Shown here piece by piece: positions 24,926 through 32,464 of a DNA stretch of 42,868 nucleotides. The position numbers were made by a program, and so were the translations under genes. The DNA comes from a virus (taxonomy: Duplodnaviria > Heunggongvirae > Uroviricota > Caudoviricetes): the IMG/VR virus record IMGVR_UViG_3300030019_000007. The stretch is one strand, 5' to 3'. Position 1 is the stretch's first letter, and every line of letters starts with the position of its first letter. Below the pieces are notes generated by a model that saw only the letters and a program-made list of their open reading frames with translations, did not search any database and was not told the origin of the DNA.

Positions 24926-24956
24926 CTTGCAGAGTTCAATAATTGTTGTATCTTTG
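24926..24956 (+). promoter_or_regulatory. Bacteroidota promoter for tRNA cluster
   Basis: CTTG + 19 nt + TATCTTTG just upstream of tRNA-Asp. Confidence 0.7.
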
Positions 24957-24967
24957 CAAGTTCAACA

Positions 24968-25039
24968 CGATTCTGTAGTATAATGATTAGTATGCCTCGT
25001 TGTCTGCGAGGAGGAGGGGTTTGAATCCCACAGGATCGG
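24968..25039 (+). tRNA. tRNA-Asp (GTC), 8-bp acceptor
   Basis: CGATTCTG/CAGGATCG, CCTCG-TT GTC TG-CGAGG, G73. Confidence 0.8.
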
Positions 25040-25044
25040 CAATT

Positions 25045-25120
25045 GGTTTCGTAGTTTATATTGGTTTGAATCCAAGCACATTCCAGCTTGGGGTTGAGGG
25101 TTCGATTCCTTCGGGGACCA
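25045..25120 (+). tRNA. atypical tRNA with 8-nt anticodon loop
   Basis: CAAGC-ACATTCCA-GCTTG; T-arm GAGGG-TTCGATT-CCTTC. Confidence 0.6.
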
Positions 25121-25203
25121 CAAAATTTCGCATTAAAGACCTTGAAACATGGGCACTTTTAAATTCCCTTTCGTGGTTTGGGATAATGTGATTTTTTATT
25201 TAT

Positions 25204-25275
25204 CGAAAGTGAAGTGTAATTGGTTGCACTCGTGGTTTGGGACTACGAAGAGACGTTCGAATCGTACATTTTCGA
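25204..25275 (+). tRNA. tRNA-Pro (TGG), 8-bp acceptor
   Basis: C1-G72, CGTGG-TT TGG GA-CTACG. Confidence 0.8.
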
Positions 25276-25334
25276 CTATTAAATTTGTTCAATCACAAAT
25301 TATTGTTATCTTTGTATTGAACAAAAATAATAAC

Positions 25335-25739
25335 ATGGAAGAACAAATATTAAATCTCAGAACACAAGGATTAACATATAATGAAATACAGAAACAATTA
25401 AACTGTAGTAAAGGTACTATAGCTTATTACTGTGGTAAAGGTCAAAAAGAGAAAACGTTAAATAGAGGTAAAAAAAGACGACTTGCTGATAGACAATGGT
25501 TAACTGATATAAAAAATAAATTAAAATGTGAACATTGTGGCGAAACTAGAGATTGGGTACTAGATTTCCATCATTTAGACCCTCTAGAAAAAGAAAAAGG
25601 TATTTCAGAATTACTCTCTAGAACTAGTAAAGATAAAATTATAGAGGAAATAAAAAAATGTGTAATTTTATGTGCTAATTGCCATAGAGATATACATTAT
25701 CAATTAAAAATAAAAGAATTAAGTGAGACTGTGAGTTAG
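25335..25739 (+). CDS. HNH homing endonuclease
   Basis: HTH, CEHC...LDFHH...KCVILCANCHRDIH; promoter box TATCTTTG at 25307; stop inside the next tRNA-like element. Confidence 0.9.
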   Translation: MEEQILNLRTQGLTYNEIQKQLNCSKGTIAYYCGKGQKEKTLNRGKKRRLADRQWLTDIKNKLKCEHCGETRDWVLDFHHLDPLEKEKGISELLSRTSKDKIIEEIKKCVILCANCHRDIHYQLKIKELSETVS

Positions 25740-25802
25740 CTCAACTGGCAAGAGCGTTGAGAAGAGTTCTCAAAGACGTAGGTTCGAATCCTATATCTCG
25801 CA
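25731..25802 (+). tRNA. atypical tRNA-like element (GAG in a closed 3-nt loop)
   Basis: GCTC/GAGC D-arm, TTGAGAA-GAG-TTCTCAA, GTAGG-TTCGAAT-CCTAT; no U33 and no V-arm. Confidence 0.55.
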
Positions 25803-25939
25803 CTATATGACATGTTGTCATATTTAAAATTTATCTCATGAAGAAATAGATTTACAAAACACGGGGTTCTCCGTAAGTATTTATTACATAGGTTTATGAA
25901 CAGATCATATCAGTTAATTAAATTAAAATAATAAATACA

Positions 25940-26311
25940 ATGAATACTTTAAAATTAAAAATCAAAGGGTTATCGGAAACTCAAATCGAATTAAAAAATC
26001 AGAGAAAGACTGTCAAAATCGTTGGCACTAGAACTATGGAACCATGGCAAGCCGCACTTAGTCACTCTAGTAACAGAGAGGATTTAAGAATATTGTTTGC
26101 AGCCTATGGAGTACTAAGAGGTAAAACCTTTAGTCAAATTGAGAATTGCTTCCCAGAGGAGAATCATCCTCTGAATTCTTTTAAAAATTCTATAGACAAA
26201 CTAGTAGCACAATATGCAGAGACTCTATGTATTAGTGAGTACCACTTTGGAACCGGTCTATGGGTGTGTACAAGCTGGTCACGCTGTCGCGCAGTGGCTT
26301 CTAGACAATAG
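25940..26311 (+). CDS. hypothetical protein
   Basis: ORF track; tail overlaps the next gene. Confidence 0.65.
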   Translation: MNTLKLKIKGLSETQIELKNQRKTVKIVGTRTMEPWQAALSHSSNREDLRILFAAYGVLRGKTFSQIENCFPEENHPLNSFKNSIDKLVAQYAETLCISEYHFGTGLWVCTSWSRCRAVASRQ

Positions 26312-26507
26312 AGATACTCAGAGCTGGAATAATCAATATCTCGTGTATTTGTATGCAGACGTTGACAAGTGGCTTTTTAAGTTAAAGCTTAAGAACCATA
26401 CTTTCTCCACTTTTAATGAGCCAGACTTAAACAATCAGTTAACAGCTATTACTATGGTCAATGATGGTTCACTTTTTCGTAATTTATCTAAAGTGAGTTC
26501 AAATTGA
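26214..26507 (+). CDS. peptidyl-tRNA hydrolase 2 (Pth2)-like protein
   Basis: LYVLV...VQAGHAV...FNEPDLNNQLTAI. Confidence 0.7.
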   Translation: MQRLYVLVSTTLEPVYGCVQAGHAVAQWLLDNRDTQSWNNQYLVYLYADVDKWLFKLKLKNHTFSTFNEPDLNNQLTAITMVNDGSLFRNLSKVSSN

Positions 26508-26520
26508 ACTCACTTTTTCT

Positions 26521-26591
26521 GCTTCTTTCGTCCAATGGTAGGGCCCCAGATTCTAACCCTGGTTACACTGGTTCGAGTCCTGTAGGAAGCA
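26521..26591 (+). tRNA. amber suppressor-type tRNA (CTA), Glu/Gln-like body
   Basis: CCAGA-TT CTA AC-CCTGG; intact acceptor GCTTCTT/AGGAAGC, 4-nt variable loop. Confidence 0.75.
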
Positions 26592-26619
26592 CAATAGTAA
26601 TAAATACTATTAATTAAAT

Positions 26620-26691
26620 TGTTCTGTGGTGTATCGGTATGCACATAAGACTTTGGTTCTTAGGGGATTAGTTCAACTCTAATCAGAACAA
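26620..26691 (+). tRNA. tRNA-Gln (TTG)
   Basis: U1-A72, TAAGA-CT TTG GT-TCTTA. Confidence 0.9.
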
Positions 26692-26761
26692 CTTTTGTAT
26701 ATAAATTAGGTTATATCAAACCATTTCTTTATCTTTGCACTATTAATTTAATAGTTTGAAC

Positions 26762-27466
26762 ATGAGAACAAAATATACAAAGGAATTATTACAAGAAGTT
26801 GTTAAAAATAGTAATACTTTAACAGAAGTATTACATAAACTAAAAATACGAAGTGCAGGAGGTAATTTTAGAACCTTACATAAGTACATTACATCATTTA
26901 ATTTAGATATAAGTCATTTTTCTGCAGATTTAGTTAGAAAAAATAAATTAACTAATTTTAACAAAAAAGATTTAAATAACTATCTAATAGTAGATTCATT
27001 GGCTTCTCGTTCCAATATTAAAAAACGATTATATCAAGCAAATTTAAAAGAACCTAAATGTGAGATATGTGGACAAAATGAAAACTGGTTAGGCAAACCT
27101 ATTAGTTTAATTTTAGATCATATAAATGGAATCTATAATGATAATCGTCTTGAAAATCTTAGAATTGTGTGTCCAAATTGCAATGCTACTTTTGACACTC
27201 ATTGTGGTAAAAATAACTCTAAATTAAATAAAATAAAATCAGATCTCAATATACCTTTGTCTGAATCTATAGATTTTAGAAAAATAAGAACCGCTAAAAC
27301 TATACAATCAGATTTTAATCGTAGAAAAGTGATTCGTCCTAGTTATGAAACTTTAGTAGAAGAACATAAAATTAATACATATACTGCTATGGGTAAAAAA
27401 TATAAAGTATCTGACGTTATGATTAAAAAATGGATAAAATTATATGAAAAAAATATATTAAAATAA
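26762..27466 (+). CDS. HNH homing endonuclease
   Basis: CEIC...LDHINGIYNDNRLENLRIVCPNCN; promoter box TATCTTTG at 26730. Confidence 0.9.
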   Translation: MRTKYTKELLQEVVKNSNTLTEVLHKLKIRSAGGNFRTLHKYITSFNLDISHFSADLVRKNKLTNFNKKDLNNYLIVDSLASRSNIKKRLYQANLKEPKCEICGQNENWLGKPISLILDHINGIYNDNRLENLRIVCPNCNATFDTHCGKNNSKLNKIKSDLNIPLSESIDFRKIRTAKTIQSDFNRRKVIRPSYETLVEEHKINTYTAMGKKYKVSDVMIKKWIKLYEKNILK

Positions 27467-27472
27467 CAAAAT

Positions 27473-27619
27473 ATGAAGATTCTTGGTCGTGGGAGGCCAG
27501 CTAGTGCTAAACTAGTGTCATAATGACTGGGTTCATGAAATTTATAAAGTAAGATAGATTAATATTGTACATAAAAGCTATCAGAAATTGCGAGCGGTTC
27601 GATTCCCCTAATCTTCACG
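27473..27619 (+). pseudogene. Sec/Ser-like tRNA interrupted in the T-arm by a ~66-nt insert
   Basis: TGAAGATT/AATCTTCA, 6-bp D-stem, CTAGT-GCTAA-ACTAG, V-arm; GGTTC duplicated at 27530 and 27596. Confidence 0.55.
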
Positions 27620-27812
27620 CGTATTAAATTAAATTAAACAATTAATCTTAATACTAACGCTTAACAAATTATTAACCAATGAGAAAGCTCCAATCATTTA
27701 TAATTGGTATATGTATTGCTATGATTATAGCATTCATGCTCTCGTAAAGAAATAAATAATAGAACAACTCGGTCCGTGAGCTATTTACTAATGCATTAGT
27801 AACGGACGCACT

Positions 27813-27895
27813 GCCTTCTTCACATAGTGGTTGATTGCACATGACTTGTAATCATGATCCGTAAGGACACGTCAGTTCGAATCTGACAGAAGGCT
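27813..27895 (+). tRNA. tRNA-Thr (TGT) with long variable arm
   Basis: CATGA-CT TGT AA-TCATG, V-arm TCC-GTAA-GGA, perfect acceptor and T-stems. Confidence 0.88.
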
Positions 27896-27924
27896 CAATG
27901 TGCTCATCAAAAGCACTTTAGAAT

Positions 27925-27996
27925 GCACCTATAACTCAATGGCTAGAGTTCGCGGCTTTTAACCGTGAAATCCAAGTTCGAATCTTGGTAGGTGCA
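27925..27996 (+). tRNA. tRNA-Lys (TTT)
   Basis: CGCGG-CT TTT AA-CCGTG. Confidence 0.93.
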
Positions 27997-28066
27997 CATT
28001 ATAATGTTTCCATTTGGTTTTGATCAAAACTTTATGTATCTTTGTTTTTTAAAAAGAATATAAAAT

Positions 28067-28600
28067 ATGATTATCAAATGTGAATATTGTGGAAAAGATC
28101 TAGAAAGATCTAGAAAGATCAATAAGTGCTATAAATGCAAATAAGAAAAAAGGGTACAAAATGTATTGTTCTACAGAATGTCAAAACATGTATTAAGTAC
28201 AAGTGTAATTTGTACTTGTGCCCATTGTGGAAAAGATATAGTTAAGACACCTTCAGCAATAAAGCAAAGTAAAAATGGAAATAATTTCTGTAACAAATCT
28301 TGTGCAGCTTCTTTTAATAATGTTATTACTAAAGCTGGCGAAAATAATGTTAATTGGATAGATGGAAAATCATCTTATTCTAAGAAAGCATTTGACATGT
28401 ATCAGCCAAAATGTACTATCTGCAATTTTAATATAAAATCAGCCTTAATAGTGCATCATATAGATGAAGATAGACAAAATGTAGACATAGACAATTTAAT
28501 GGTTTTATGTTCTAATTGTCATTGCCAGATTCATTATGGAGATTTAAAAATCACAGAAGAAATAAAACAAAGCAGAGAGCTTTTAAAATATAAGACATAA
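28067..28600 (+). pseudogene. HNH endonuclease, frameshifted at the 5' end
   Basis: 10-bp tandem duplication AAAGATCTAG, in-frame TAA; HNH core VHHIDEDRQN...LCSNCH intact. Confidence 0.75.
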
Positions 28601-28619
28601 ACGATATGTCTTTATAGAT

Positions 28620-28693
28620 GGCGCGGTTGACAAATTGGAATAAGTCCCCACCCTTTCAAGGTGGTTAGTACGGGTCCGAATCCGTCCGCGCTA
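28620..28693 (+). tRNA. tRNA-Glu (TTC)
   Basis: CCACC-CT TTC AA-GGTGG. Confidence 0.85.
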
Positions 28694-28702
28694 CAATATA
28701 AT

Positions 28703-28787
28703 GGGAATGTATGCAAATGGTTTGAAGCAAGCAGACTGTAAATCTGTGACGTAAGATACGATGGGGGTTCGAGTCCCTCCAGTCCCA
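28703..28787 (+). tRNA. tRNA-Tyr (GTA)
   Basis: GCAGA-CT GTA AA-TCTGT, V-arm. Confidence 0.92.
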
Positions 28788-28792
28788 CAAAT

Positions 28793-28873
28793 GCTAATAG
28801 ACGGGTAATGGAAATCCTAGGGACGATGAGGCCCGAGTGACACACTATATTGGTTCGAATCCAATCATTAGCA
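28793..28873 (+). tRNA. atypical class-II tRNA-like element
   Basis: GCTAAT/ATTAGC, V-stem AGTG/CACT, ATTGG-TTCGAAT-CCAAT; anticodon arm poorly paired. Confidence 0.55.
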
Positions 28874-28895
28874 CAAATAAATAAATTAGATAATT

Positions 28896-29177
28896 ATGCC
28901 TAAAGTAATAAATAAACAATTAATTGTATATAACGTCTTTGACGATGAGTATTTTCCAGGTAAAGCATTGGTAGTTAATTTACCTTATATCAATATTTTT
29001 GGTAAAAAGAGATATAAAGAAGTTGTTTTATCTACTACATTCGACCAAACTTTAATTGAAATAGGATTGATTGAACCTGAAGAAATTAAAAAATATTTAA
29101 GAGATCTCTTCTTCAAACAAAGAGAGTTCTCAAAAATTAAGAGAATGTTCTATAAAAAAAATAAAAAAAATGAGTAG
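28896..29177 (+). CDS. hypothetical protein
   Basis: ORF track. Confidence 0.6.
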   Translation: MPKVINKQLIVYNVFDDEYFPGKALVVNLPYINIFGKKRYKEVVLSTTFDQTLIEIGLIEPEEIKKYLRDLFFKQREFSKIKRMFYKKNKKNE

Positions 29178-29682
29178 ACAAAACAAATCGTACAAAACTG
29201 AAGATGGAACTATTTGGCACTCAAGGAGTGTTGCAGTAGTTGGAGTAGTTATGGCAATTATAGGTGCAGAAACTTATGTATTATTGACCAAAAGAAGTTT
29301 AGACATGGAAGATATGCCAGGAAGATGGTGTTTACCATGTGGTTATCTTGACTGGGATGAAACATTAATAGAAGCAGTTGAAAGAGAAATCTTAGAAGAA
29401 ACTACTTTAAATTTAAAAGATTACAGACAGAATCTTACTATAAATTTTCCGGCTTCAAGAGTTAATTCTAATGTTGAGTCAAATAGACAGAATGTTTCAA
29501 TTACTTCTGTATATGTACTTGAAGGATTAAAAGAATTACCAAAGGTAGAAGTAACAATTGAAACTTCTGAAGTTGAATGGTGTTTAGCTTATCCGGATGA
29601 ATTGAGAGAAAAAGATCTTGTATTTGATCATTTTGCAGTAATTAAAGATTCTGTAAATAAAATCTTGAAATATAAAGATTAA
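29170..29682 (+). CDS. Nudix hydrolase (ADP-ribose pyrophosphatase-like)
   Basis: WCLPCGYLDWDETLIEAVEREILEET, LVFDH. Confidence 0.88.
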   Translation: MSRQNKSYKTEDGTIWHSRSVAVVGVVMAIIGAETYVLLTKRSLDMEDMPGRWCLPCGYLDWDETLIEAVEREILEETTLNLKDYRQNLTINFPASRVNSNVESNRQNVSITSVYVLEGLKELPKVEVTIETSEVEWCLAYPDELREKDLVFDHFAVIKDSVNKILKYKD

Positions 29683-29688
29683 ACAAAT

Positions 29689-29773
29689 GGAAGATGAACT
29701 GCACGGCGTGCAGGGCAGACTTGAAATCTGTACGGTCCTTTCGGGGACTTGGGGTGAGGACCTACTTCTTCCG
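29689..29773 (+). tRNA. tRNA-Ser (TGA) with Sec-like 8/4 fold
   Basis: GGAAGATG start, 6-bp D-stem CTGCAC/GTGCAG, GCAGA-CT TGA AA-TCTGT, long V-arm, G73. Confidence 0.75.
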
Positions 29774-29778
29774 CAATT

Positions 29779-29850
29779 GCAAGTGTAGCACAATGGCTAG
29801 TGTTCCTGACTTCCAATCAGATAATGACGGTTCGATTCCGTTCACTTGCT
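29779..29850 (+). tRNA. tRNA-Gly (TCC)
   Basis: CT TCC AA loop, U73. Confidence 0.9.
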
Positions 29851-29911
29851 CAAATACAAGGTAATTTCATACCTTATATAAGCTGTGATTAACTCATAGT
29901 GGAGCAATAAA

Positions 29912-30118
29912 ATGAAAACTTGGAAAAATAGAGAAGGAAAATGGGTATCTGAACAACCTAGAGAATATATGATAGGTGTTGATAAGCATGGTGAAGAGGT
30001 ATTTATAGATGATATTTTAATCTGGAGATGGAAATATCATGATCGTGCTGAAAGAATACAAGCAGATAAATATACTTCTCAATGGCAACTTAATGACTCA
30101 TACTTAAAAAAATATTAA
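29912..30118 (+). CDS. hypothetical protein
   Basis: ORF track. Confidence 0.6.
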   Translation: MKTWKNREGKWVSEQPREYMIGVDKHGEEVFIDDILIWRWKYHDRAERIQADKYTSQWQLNDSYLKKY

Positions 30119-30394
30119 ATGAAACTCATTAATCTATATTTAGCTTTAAAAGAGCAAGGGCCTTTTAGAAGGGCGTTTAGAAATTTTTGTATTACCAGAA
30201 ATGCTTGGGGTATGTTCTTTATGAGCTCACACCAAAGGCAAGATAATGGTAAAATGAAGGTGATGTACAATACTAAAGCAACTGCACAAAAAGCTGCTGA
30301 TAGTATGGGAAAGAAAATGAATAAGCATTTCTCTGTATACAAATGTATATTTTGTGATGGTTATCACCTCGGAAAGAACCGAGATAACAAATAA
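30119..30394 (+). CDS. small Zn-finger phage protein
   Basis: YKCIFCDGYHLG. Confidence 0.65.
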   Translation: MKLINLYLALKEQGPFRRAFRNFCITRNAWGMFFMSSHQRQDNGKMKVMYNTKATAQKAADSMGKKMNKHFSVYKCIFCDGYHLGKNRDNK

Positions 30395-30398
30395 ACAT

Positions 30399-30466
30399 TG
30401 CGGGGAGCTAGGTGGCCGCCGGCTCTCATAAGGCTGAGCTCCTGGGTTCGTTTCCCAGCCCCGCAA
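30399..30466 (+). tRNA. tRNA-Met/Ile2 (CAT), reduced D-arm
   Basis: TGCGGGG/CCCCGCA, CGGCT-CT CAT AA-GGCTG. Confidence 0.75.
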
Positions 30467-30471
30467 CTTAA

Positions 30472-30535
30472 TCTATCTAGCAAACCCCTTCGACGGCGGT
30501 TTTAATACCCATGAAATGGCATGGAGCTAGATAGA
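30472..30535 (+). ncRNA. putative three-way-junction small RNA
   Basis: 10-bp TCTATCTAGC/GCTAGATAGA enclosing two hairpins. Confidence 0.45.
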
Positions 30536-30547
30536 GTTAAAATACAT

Positions 30548-30632
30548 AGCGGGGTCGACTGGAGTTGGTACCAGCGGGGTCTCATAAGCCCTAACTCGAA
30601 AGAGAACGCATGTTCGAGTCATGCTCCCGCAA
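30548..30632 (+). tRNA. tRNA-Met (CAT), initiator-like, with long variable arm
   Basis: 1-72 mismatch, GGGGT-CT CAT AA-GCCCT, V-arm CTC-GAAA-GAG. Confidence 0.8.
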
Positions 30633-30665
30633 CTAACAGTTAGAAATAACTAAATTAAAACAAAA

Positions 30666-30899
30666 ATGATTTCATTAACAAATGCAGTAAAAGGCACTAT
30701 TGCAAAATTTTCACATGCTATTGCCGGAGTTCTGTACTATAATTTATTTACAGAAGAAGGAGTTTATCAATTCTCAATTGATATGAATGATAAAGATGAT
30801 GTAGGAACCGCTACATTTGAAGCTGAGTATAACGGAATTACCCTCATGCGTTATATACGAAAGGCACTACATTCAGAAACTTTGGTTAAAGTAGGATGA
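30666..30899 (+). CDS. hypothetical protein
   Basis: ORF track. Confidence 0.65.
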   Translation: MISLTNAVKGTIAKFSHAIAGVLYYNLFTEEGVYQFSIDMNDKDDVGTATFEAEYNGITLMRYIRKALHSETLVKVG

Positions 30900-30939
30900 T
30901 CTTCAAATTATTTCGTATATTTGTGAAAACAATCTCAAA

Positions 30940-31428
30940 ATGTTAAAAGACGAAATACTAAAATTAAAAGAACAAAAGTTTACTACTGGAGAAATAATGA
31001 AAGAATTAGGTTGTAGTAGAAATATTATTTGGTACCACTTTAACCCAAAGAAAGAAGAGCATAGAATCAATAGTTTACGAAAAAATTTAACATTTAAAAA
31101 GTTTATTCAGAAAAGAATAATTGCTTTTCAAACGGTTGGACCAAATAATCGAGAATACAAAATAAAATATAATACTGAGCCCTTTACTATTAATGAATTC
31201 TTAAATAAATTTACTGAAACCCCATTATGTGGAATTAGTGGAAAATCTATTAACTTAAAATTAGATTTTGATTGGGAATTAGATCATATTATTCCTAAAA
31301 AAGATGGAGGTAATAACTCATTAAGTAATTGTCAAATTGTTTATAAAGAATTTAATCAAATGAAAGGGAGTCTCACAAAGGAGCAACTTGTAGAAAATTG
31401 TAAACTTATTATACAATATAATGAGTAA
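30940..31428 (+). CDS. HNH endonuclease
   Basis: ELDHIIPKKDGGNNSLSN...N.MKG; promoter box TATATTTG at 30916. Confidence 0.88.
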   Translation: MLKDEILKLKEQKFTTGEIMKELGCSRNIIWYHFNPKKEEHRINSLRKNLTFKKFIQKRIIAFQTVGPNNREYKIKYNTEPFTINEFLNKFTETPLCGISGKSINLKLDFDWELDHIIPKKDGGNNSLSNCQIVYKEFNQMKGSLTKEQLVENCKLIIQYNE

Positions 31429-31606
31429 CAGGGATATACAAAAAGTACGAAAAATTAAACATTGGTGTGGTAACTGCGATGAAGCAATACTATCTGGCAC
31501 TATTTGCCCAAATTGTAACGCAGATATTGGTAATACCAAAGACAAGGGTAAAGTAAAAGTCAAACCTAAAAGGGTAAGACAAGAAGAAGAAGACGATGAA
31601 TCTTAA
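31421..31606 (+). CDS. small Zn-ribbon protein
   Basis: CGNC...CPNC. Confidence 0.6.
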   Translation: MSNRDIQKVRKIKHWCGNCDEAILSGTICPNCNADIGNTKDKGKVKVKPKRVRQEEEDDES

Positions 31607-31611
31607 ATATG

Positions 31612-31639
31612 ATCCTCAGCCAAAAGCTGGGGATTTTTT
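31612..31639 (+). terminator. intrinsic terminator
   Basis: ATCCTCAGC-CAAAA-GCTGGGGAT-TTTTT. Confidence 0.75.
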
Positions 31640-31667
31640 GTAATTAAAAATTTAATAAAAAAGTAAA

Positions 31668-32453
31668 ATGGAAAAAATTGCACTATTGATTATCGACGCA
31701 CAAGTCGATTTTTGTGATCCTAAAGGATCTCTTTATGTTCCTGGCGCAGAAAATGATATGGCTCGCCTATCAAGCTTCATAGATCGTAATGTGAAGAAAA
31801 TAAACTTCATTGGTTTGACTATGGATAGTCATCAAGTTATTGATATTTCTCATCCATCTTTTTGGCAAGATGCCCAAGGTAATTATCCAGCTCCTTTTAC
31901 ACAAATCACCTCTGCTGATGTACTCGCCGGTGTATGGTCTCCAAGATTTTATCCTCAGGAAGCAACAAACTATGTTGCAGAACTTGAGAAACAAGGAGAA
32001 TTTCCACATTTTGTATGGCCGGAACATTGTATTATTGGTAGCCCTGGTGCGGCTATTATGTCCTCTGTCATCGCTTCTGTTGAAGAATGGTGTAGAGCCA
32101 ATGGTAAGTTCCATCAGGTTGTAACTAAAGGCACATGGCCCCTTACAGAGCATTTTGGAGCATTCCGTGCTAACATTCCTGTGGAAGGTCACCCAGAAAC
32201 TCAAATGAATTCTGGATTAATCCACAAATTAGAGACTTTTGATAAAGTCTATTTTGCCGGTGAAGCTAAAAGTCACTGTGTAGCAAACACATTACGCCAA
32301 GCAATGCAATTTCCTGAACTTGCGAAGAAATTCGTAATCATCGAAGATTGTATGTCTGATGTACCCAATCTTGGTTTCTTAGGAGACGCTACTTATGCCG
32401 CTGCAAAAGCAATGGGCATTCAGTTTGTAAAATCAACAGATGTAACCCTTTAA
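31668..32453 (+). CDS. nicotinamidase/isochorismatase-family cysteine hydrolase
   Basis: IIDAQVDF, DSH, WPEHC, KG, GEAKSHCV. Confidence 0.88.
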   Translation: MEKIALLIIDAQVDFCDPKGSLYVPGAENDMARLSSFIDRNVKKINFIGLTMDSHQVIDISHPSFWQDAQGNYPAPFTQITSADVLAGVWSPRFYPQEATNYVAELEKQGEFPHFVWPEHCIIGSPGAAIMSSVIASVEEWCRANGKFHQVVTKGTWPLTEHFGAFRANIPVEGHPETQMNSGLIHKLETFDKVYFAGEAKSHCVANTLRQAMQFPELAKKFVIIEDCMSDVPNLGFLGDATYAAAKAMGIQFVKSTDVTL

Positions 32454-32464
32454 TAAAAAGAAAG

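Noticed and set aside
25000-25334. ORF 25000..25191 and N-terminal extensions of ORFs 2554, 17267, 19527 and 25149
   Set aside because: They run through tRNA genes from TTG or other weak starts; better ATGs lie downstream
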